Part shown: in pieces, positions 24,363 through 29,978 of the stretch
Numbering within the stretch: the first letter of the stretch is position 1
Layout: every line of letters starts with the position of its first letter
IMG/VR virus record: IMGVR_UViG_3300020043_003044
Location: 1-29,978 of that record
DNA length: 29,978 nucleotides
Origin: a virus
Lineage: Duplodnaviria > Caudoviricetes
Direction: 5' to 3' (one strand)
Notes under the pieces: generated by a model
Database searches by the model: none
Told to the model about the DNA's origin: nothing
Seen by the model: the letters and a program-made list of their open reading frames with translations, nothing else
Position numbers and translations under genes: made by a program

Positions 24363-25759
24363 ACGCTTAACGCTTCTAGTTGAGCCTCTAGCCTTGCGAA
24401 TGATAGATGCGCGTCGGTAGTGCCGTTAAAACGCTGTATGCGCCAGTTACGCATGGAACCCTGCTTAAACCATACTAAACGCTTAGTCCTGTTGCCAATT
24501 TTTCCGGCGCTTATGGTTTTGGGTTGGCTCCATGTCACGCCGTCAATTGAATATGACGTGCTGATTACTGGATTAGCACCAAGTGCTACACGTCCGGTTA
24601 GCGCGACAAGTTCAAGTTGATTGAAAATAGCACCCATGCCAGCGTTGTAAGTAATAGAAGTGCCAAACTCCCAACGAACCGTATCGCCCCAATGAGTGCC
24701 CACGGTGTCGGTGAAGTACCCTACACCTGCGCTGGATGTGTCACCCACTAGCCACTTGTCATAAGCCCAAACGAGGTTACGCGCTCGATATTGGCTAAAT
24801 CCTGTTAACGCACTGGTTAGAGTGAACCAAACGCTGGTTTGAAGCGCTTGCGATGCGGCAAGGTCATACACCATCGTTCTGTCAGGAAGGTGTATGTATA
24901 GATATTGGTGTGACCTGTCGGTGCGAGCTTCAATCTTTACGCCTTGCAATTCCACTTCGGTGAACTGTTGTAGCACTAAATCAACTTCTGACGTGCTGAT
25001 CTTTGTGGCCGTTGCGTTAGCACCAAGATAGATGCCTGGTGATTCGTTTCTACCGCTACCCAAGAATGCGATGGTTTCAGCGAATACGCAACTTCCATGC
25101 GTACCAATAGCGCCCTTTTGAATCTGCGCACCAGATACGCGAGCGAATGGAAAGAAGTCCCCGCCCACGTTGTCAAACACTTCAATGGTGTAGCGGTTCA
25201 ATGCGTAGACTTCATTGCGCAGTTTAATCAGCGCATTGATAGGGTCTGGGTCACTCTCGGATGATCCATATTTCAATGGATTGACCGAGGTAGGGTCGTT
25301 TAACTCTGTGACAATCAAAAATTCGCCGTCAGTGGTTAAAAAGTATCCATCCACCCAGCAAAAATCAACTACTGGGCCTAGGTCAACGTCAGTAACTTGC
25401 GTTAGTGTTGATCCGTTCCAATAGAACAGACTATCGTTAGAGGCAATGGCTAGGCGGTCGAATGAGTAATCCATTACGACTAACCCAGAACCTCCAACGT
25501 CGCCCAATGTGGTCACAGTTCCGTTACTAGCCACGCTGACTAGCTTTGTACCCATTACCCGGTAACAGGTGCCGTTCCAATTAATGCCTCCACGGTCAAC
25601 GCCTGGGCCTGTGCCTTGGGAGACAATGCCATCAGCAGGGCGCAAATATCCCTTACTGATTCCATTCTCTACTGGGGTAGGTATCAGGTTTACAGGATAA
25701 GCAGTCCGAAAGTCCGGCCCCGCATCCGTGTAGACCCCATTGAGAATCGGCACTTGCAT
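24359..25759 (-). CDS. tail hub/packaged DNA stabilization protein (P22 gp10-like)
   Basis: 466-aa beta-propeller-like protein with PVNL, YRV.G.KL, DGYF and ESDPD motifs. Confidence 0.85.
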   Translation of the reverse strand: MQVPILNGVYTDAGPDFRTAYPVNLIPTPVENGISKGYLRPADGIVSQGTGPGVDRGGINWNGTCYRVMGTKLVSVASNGTVTTLGDVGGSGLVVMDYSFDRLAIASNDSLFYWNGSTLTQVTDVDLGPVVDFCWVDGYFLTTDGEFLIVTELNDPTSVNPLKYGSSESDPDPINALIKLRNEVYALNRYTIEVFDNVGGDFFPFARVSGAQIQKGAIGTHGSCVFAETIAFLGSGRNESPGIYLGANATATKISTSEVDLVLQQFTEVELQGVKIEARTDRSHQYLYIHLPDRTMVYDLAASQALQTSVWFTLTSALTGFSQYRARNLVWAYDKWLVGDTSSAGVGYFTDTVGTHWGDTVRWEFGTSITYNAGMGAIFNQLELVALTGRVALGANPVISTSYSIDGVTWSQPKTISAGKIGNRTKRLVWFKQGSMRNWRIQRFNGTTDAHLSFARLEAQLEALSV

Positions 25760-26053
25760 TTAGATGCTGCCCGTGTGAATGTTCAAAGTAGTGCCAGCGG
25801 CTGAAATATAAGCAATGTTCGCGTGCCCGTCAGCCTTTTGAATGATTGCAGTGCTGTTGGGGAGGACTGCTAGGTCTGCGGTAGTTGCGGTTTGCGCAGC
25901 CTCACCCACTCGCACGTAGCAGATATTGGCCCCACTGTTAGCCAATCGGATAGCCGTATCTTGGCTATTGATTGCAGAGTTAGCAGACCCCGCAGCGGGG
26001 GTTACTACCAGATTGCCGCCTACACGGGGGCGAAATTGTGTGCCGAATGTCAT
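25760..26053 (-). CDS. small virion protein
   Basis: 97-aa ORF with AAGGAG RBS. Confidence 0.7.
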   Translation of the reverse strand: MTFGTQFRPRVGGNLVVTPAAGSANSAINSQDTAIRLANSGANICYVRVGEAAQTATTADLAVLPNSTAIIQKADGHANIAYISAAGTTLNIHTGSI

Positions 26054-26068
26054 GTTGATTCTCCTTGT

Positions 26069-26416
26069 TTAGCCAATGCGCCAGTTAGTACCATCATGGA
26101 ACACTGGGACGGTGTTTGCGCCTCCACCCACTACTACCGCACCAATACCAGCGGTTAACGTCTGTGTGGCGTTGTTTACGCATGCCCTGGTTCCGGCTGT
26201 ACCTGTTGGCAGGCTTGCAACGGCTACGGGGGTTGTCTTTACAAAATCAGTCAGCGTGATTGAAGTACCTGCTGCGCTGCCCAAGTTTGCCGCGATGTAT
26301 GACAGCAAAAGTGAAATACTTGACTTGCGAGCATCGCCGTTGCTTGTGGAGAATACGGGCAGTTGGTCGCCGCTGCTCAGTGTGTCCAAACTAGATAGTT
26401 GGTTGATCGTGGTCAT
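26069..26416 (-). CDS. small virion protein
   Basis: 115-aa ORF with MTTINQL start and VPVFHDGTNWRIG end. Confidence 0.7.
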   Translation of the reverse strand: MTTINQLSSLDTLSSGDQLPVFSTSNGDARKSSISLLLSYIAANLGSAAGTSITLTDFVKTTPVAVASLPTGTAGTRACVNNATQTLTAGIGAVVVGGGANTVPVFHDGTNWRIG

Positions 26417-26423
26417 GTGAACC

Positions 26424-26897
26424 TTAGTTAAAGTCGATAGCGCTGTCGTTACCCGCCAACAGAGGGTCGGTAGGTGGCGACAGATATGGAATATCTACGA
26501 ACTTGTTACCAGCGCCTGAAGGCATAGAGCCTGGCAGTTGTAGCTCCAACGGCATGGCATGAATAGCGGCTAGTGTGTTCAATGCGTCTTTAGCCGTTGC
26601 CTTGGTGTCGTTGTTAACCATCTTGCCATAACCAGGTGCGAGCTTAATCGCTAGGTTAGTAATGATGGCTTCATTGGCAGAATCTGGGACGGTTGTCTCT
26701 TGGTCAAGGTCGCTATTCTCTGGGCTTGTAGGGATTGAATAACCAACCCGAATGCCTTTAGCGTTCCATGTGGCCATCATCGAATCTAATCGACGCAATG
26801 CACTCTCGTACTGTTCGGGAGATATATCGAAGTCATAGGCCGAAATACCTATTTCTTCAAGTGATGCGTTGATAAACTGCCGTTTTGTGTAGCTCAC
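26424..26897 (-). CDS. head-tail adaptor (P22 gp4-like)
   Basis: ALRRLDSMMATW, NLAIKLAP.YG and MPSGAGN motifs. Confidence 0.85.
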   Translation of the reverse strand: MSYTKRQFINASLEEIGISAYDFDISPEQYESALRRLDSMMATWNAKGIRVGYSIPTSPENSDLDQETTVPDSANEAIITNLAIKLAPGYGKMVNNDTKATAKDALNTLAAIHAMPLELQLPGSMPSGAGNKFVDIPYLSPPTDPLLAGNDSAIDFN

Positions 26898-27265
26898 AAT
26901 AATCCTTCGATTTTCTCAGCCAGTTTTTTATCAGTCGTTCGCCCGTCGAACTTGATATTCAGTTCATTTGCTTTTTGCTCAAGCTCTGCCCGTGTTGGGG
27001 GTGAATCAATAGGCACTTCTATTTTAACGGCTTGCTTTTTGATTTTCTTTTTGGATAGCTTCTTCTTTCGCCATTCAGCTATCTTTTTGTGAGAATACGC
27101 ACTCTCACCTGCTGCGGCGGTGGCTAGTTCAATTGTCGCAAACCATCCGGCTTCGATAGCTTGGTCGTATTCTGTAATGTCATTCGCAGTCTGACAACTC
27201 CACGATAACCCATTGGTCATAACGTAGGAGCCTGGGCAGCGGTAAACGTGAGTAGGGAAAATCAT
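26894..27265 (-). CDS. hypothetical protein downstream of coat
   Basis: 123 aa. C-terminal PTRAELEQKANELNIKFDGRT helical module. Confidence 0.7.
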   Translation of the reverse strand: MIFPTHVYRCPGSYVMTNGLSWSCQTANDITEYDQAIEAGWFATIELATAAAGESAYSHKKIAEWRKKKLSKKKIKKQAVKIEVPIDSPPTRAELEQKANELNIKFDGRTTDKKLAEKIEGLL

Positions 27266-27269
27266 AGTT

Positions 27270-27295
27270 AAAAAGGAAGGGCCGAAGCCCCTCCT
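27270..27295 (-). terminator. intrinsic terminator after the coat gene
   Basis: AGGAGGGGC-TTCG-GCCCTTCCT followed by a T-tract on the minus strand. Confidence 0.9.
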
Positions 27296-27303
27296 AATTC
27301 ACT

Positions 27304-28575
27304 TTACTGGTTGAACAGCAACACGCCGGACATTTCTGGCTGCTTGTTCACCACACCGAACAATGTATCCAAGCGGTACTTGGTTGTCATTGTGTCAATG
27401 TCGTAGAACTTCTGCATTACCAGCTCGATACCTTGGTCGGTAGCTGCACGCATGATAGCAACACCAGCGTCACCGGGTACAGCATAACGTCCTGGAAGGA
27501 TCTCGATGGCATCCTTTTGCCAGAATGGGTTAATGCTCGTGGCGTTGTTGTTCAGGAACACGATTGCAGCGGTAGCGGATGTGCTTGCCACGTTGATGTT
27601 CTTGTATGCCAGTTCAGCATCCGTAGGAGCAGAGTTCGCGCCGATCATTGGAGGGCTGATCGTCATAGTGGTGCCAGAGTCCACCGAGATAACTCGGAAG
27701 GTCTTAAGCTGGCCAGTAGACGACTTGGTGATGTGGTGCACAGCCTCGATGCCTGCAACGGTAAACGCATCACCAGCAACAACACCAGTCGTAGACGATA
27801 CGGTGACCTGTTGGAAGCGGTTATCAACGTTCAGCTTGCCTGCTACCGAGTTGGTAGTGGCAGCGGGAACGAAGCGAACCTGTGCACCGTTGGTTGCGAT
27901 AGTTGCAGAGCCTGCCTTAGCAGTGATACGCTGTGCGTAGTCAAGTTTGTAAGTCTCGAAACCTGCAACCATGCCCACGTAAGAGCGCTCATATGCCTTG
28001 TCAGACTTGGCATTACCGAACGAACGGGTAGACGCTGCCAAATTGCCTGCCAAACCGTTGTAATCACGGCTAGACAATGCCAGATAGCGGTCGTAGTTCG
28101 GGATGCCCTGCTCATTCATGATGGTGTCGCACAAGGCCACATCGTCATAGTCACCAGCAGCGCCAGCGGTTGCAACAACCAAAGTGCCCTGAGTTGCGGC
28201 CACGTTCATCACTGCCAAGTTAATGTCGCTTGCCAGTTTTTGCTTGGCAGCATCACCCAAACGGCCTTCTTGCAATGCATCGCGCAATTCTTTTGCATTC
28301 AACTTCCATGCGGAGGTTTTGCTAAATCCGAGCGTGGCGGGTACGCTCAATTGCACCATGTCGTCGTAGTTGGACGAAATAGAAGTGCCTACAGTGCTGT
28401 CAAAAGACTGGGCAATGTAAGGCTGTGGTCGCCAGATGGTATCCCGTGCACGCTCCATTGTTTGGGAGTCAGTATTGAATGTTGCTACTGCTTTGGACAG
28501 TACCAGTGCGTCTTGGAAGCCTTCCAAGAGGGTTTCAAAAGCTACGCGCTCTTCTTTGCTAAATGCATTTGCCAT
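27304..28575 (-). CDS. major capsid protein (P22 gp5 coat family)
   Basis: 423 aa with MANAFSKEE, IWRP, GDAFTVAG and RLDTLFG...PEMSG. Follows the scaffold gene. Confidence 0.92.
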   Translation of the reverse strand: MANAFSKEERVAFETLLEGFQDALVLSKAVATFNTDSQTMERARDTIWRPQPYIAQSFDSTVGTSISSNYDDMVQLSVPATLGFSKTSAWKLNAKELRDALQEGRLGDAAKQKLASDINLAVMNVAATQGTLVVATAGAAGDYDDVALCDTIMNEQGIPNYDRYLALSSRDYNGLAGNLAASTRSFGNAKSDKAYERSYVGMVAGFETYKLDYAQRITAKAGSATIATNGAQVRFVPAATTNSVAGKLNVDNRFQQVTVSSTTGVVAGDAFTVAGIEAVHHITKSSTGQLKTFRVISVDSGTTMTISPPMIGANSAPTDAELAYKNINVASTSATAAIVFLNNNATSINPFWQKDAIEILPGRYAVPGDAGVAIMRAATDQGIELVMQKFYDIDTMTTKYRLDTLFGVVNKQPEMSGVLLFNQ

Positions 28576-28591
28576 TTCAATTCCTTAAAAA

Positions 28592-29407
28592 TTAAGTTGA
28601 TTGCTTTTGCCGTTTGTAGGCGATCACTTTGGTGTAATTACCTGTTTTTTCGGCATCAGCCCTGAGTCGTTCAAGTGTGGAATCCACTGATCCAGAGATT
28701 CGAGAATTACCATTCACGGGTTTCTCAGGAGGTGGGGCTGCTTTGTTTCGGTTCGTTACCTTCAATTGAGTCTCCAGTTTCGCTACCGCAAAAGCAAACT
28801 TCACGGGGTCTTTGATAGATTGCAGTTCCTGCGCACGTTTTGGGTTTTTTCCCAATGCGTACACAAGCAGCGCGGGGTTCTCTGCTCCTTGCAAAATCAC
28901 GCCTTGTTGGGTTACATCAAACGCATCTTGCACGTATGCTTCAGCGTCTTCGTAATCTTTAACTTTTAGCTCTGCTTTCGCTTTGCTGTAGTTGTCCAAC
29001 TTAGCTTGCCATTCTTGTTGCTGTGCTTTCGCCGCAGCTTCAATCTTGACGCTTTCTTCATCGTGTGAACGCTTGCGCTCATACCATGCTTCTAACGCTT
29101 GCTCGAACTTTTCAGTTTCATAATCGTGTTCTTCAAGTGTTGGCTTCTTGCCTAGCGCTGGCTTTTTCTCAGCGGGTGGGGTCGATAGCTTCGCTTCCAG
29201 TTCACGGTTCTTTTTCTGAAGTTCCCTGTGCTGCTTTCTCAATTCGCGCACCCATTCAGGTGCACGGGCCTGCTCATCTTCGGGAGGCGGAGTTTCCTCA
29301 CCAATCGAAACCACCACATCATCGTCAACAGTTTCTACCGCTTCAACTTCCGTTGGTTCGGTTTCAACTTCGATAACTTCCTGCGGTTCTGTTTCTGTTT
29401 CTTCCAT
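28592..29407 (-). CDS. scaffolding protein
   Basis: Acidic N-terminus, coiled coil, basic C-terminal helix. Directly upstream of coat. Confidence 0.85.
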   Translation of the reverse strand: MEETETEPQEVIEVETEPTEVEAVETVDDDVVVSIGEETPPPEDEQARAPEWVRELRKQHRELQKKNRELEAKLSTPPAEKKPALGKKPTLEEHDYETEKFEQALEAWYERKRSHDEESVKIEAAAKAQQQEWQAKLDNYSKAKAELKVKDYEDAEAYVQDAFDVTQQGVILQGAENPALLVYALGKNPKRAQELQSIKDPVKFAFAVAKLETQLKVTNRNKAAPPPEKPVNGNSRISGSVDSTLERLRADAEKTGNYTKVIAYKRQKQST

Positions 29408-29422
29408 TGATCAAGTCCCCAT

Positions 29423-29872
29423 CTAACTCACCACTTTAAACGGCTGGGTGGTTGCCGTGATGACGCATCTCGCGTCAAAATCTTCCATCAGCATAAGCAG
29501 GTCGATTGCATCCTGCTCATCCTGTATAAATTCCTGTAGCGTTAGTGCCGCTTGCCTTAAGTCTGCACTATATGACGAATCATTATATAGACGTGATTGT
29601 AATAGAGCAAATTCAATCTGTAACGCTTCAAACTGCTCGCGCTCGTGCGTGTAATCGTCTATCTGCTCGACAATAGCTTGGATGGTTTCGTCTGTGCTTT
29701 CCTCGAATACCTGTTTGGCTTTTATGACCTCGTGCGATAGCTCAAACTGTGCACGCTCGTTAGCCCATCCGCGCTTTTTCTTACCACTCCCGCCGCCTGA
29801 TAATACGATCTGAGTAGCGCCCCAAGAGTTACCCCAAGCATTGCCAAACGATAGCCCCCAAGCCGATGCCAT
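29423..29872 (-). CDS. hypothetical protein (WG-repeat N-terminus)
   Basis: MASAWGLSFGNAWGNSWG, 149 aa. Confidence 0.7.
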   Translation of the reverse strand: MASAWGLSFGNAWGNSWGATQIVLSGGGSGKKKRGWANERAQFELSHEVIKAKQVFEESTDETIQAIVEQIDDYTHEREQFEALQIEFALLQSRLYNDSSYSADLRQAALTLQEFIQDEQDAIDLLMLMEDFDARCVITATTQPFKVVS

Positions 29873-29977
29873 CTAAGGCCCCCATGGGTCTGATTCTGAG
29901 CCGCTGCCAGATATGGCTTGGCCCTTGACTTACATCATGTTGACACTCGGAGGTGCATCATTCATTGCCGCCAATAC
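29873..29977 (-). CDS. 3' end of a gene entering from the right edge, with an in-frame TAA
   Basis: VLAAMNDAPPSVNMM*VKGQAISGSGSESDPWGP*. The TAG abuts the next ATG. Confidence 0.5.
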
Positions 29978-29978
29978 T

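Noticed and set aside
27433-28665. 410-aa plus-strand ORF antisense to the coat gene
   Set aside because: It is the in-register antisense shadow of a strongly codon-biased gene, with no recognisable motif or RBS.
29930-29932. Stop-codon reassignment
   Set aside because: This is a single case. TAA, TAG and TGA all terminate well-supported genes elsewhere in the window.

Overview
About 30 kb of a tailed dsDNA phage genome with a P22-like (podovirus) virion module. The host is probably a betaproteobacterium, possibly Comamonadaceae. Three blocks are visible. (i) A leftward replication/DNA-metabolism arm (~790-7361): Cro-like regulator, SNF2-helicase/DNA-methyltransferase fusion, dUTPase, a structured c4-like RNA, and lambdoid O/P-like replication genes with an internal iteron origin. 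(ii) A rightward early/accessory arm (7525-14930): repeated promoters and leaders, mosaic DUF551-type genes, a pentapeptide-repeat gene, ERF/exonuclease/SSB and thyX. (iii) A leftward late arm (14970-29978): scaffold, coat, gp4/gp10-like tail proteins, three ejection proteins, tailspike and lysis genes. The most notable observations are: four early genes apparently assembled from in-frame modules joined at shared DNA linkers (core GCGCAGC); five near-identical 16-bp translation leaders; a methyltransferase-like gene split by an HNH gene and broken again by an apparent inversion junction at ~788; a c4-like RNA switch ahead of the replication genes; and clamp-binding-like QxD[LM][FL] tails on three consecutive domains. 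All family assignments come from motif recognition, with no database search.
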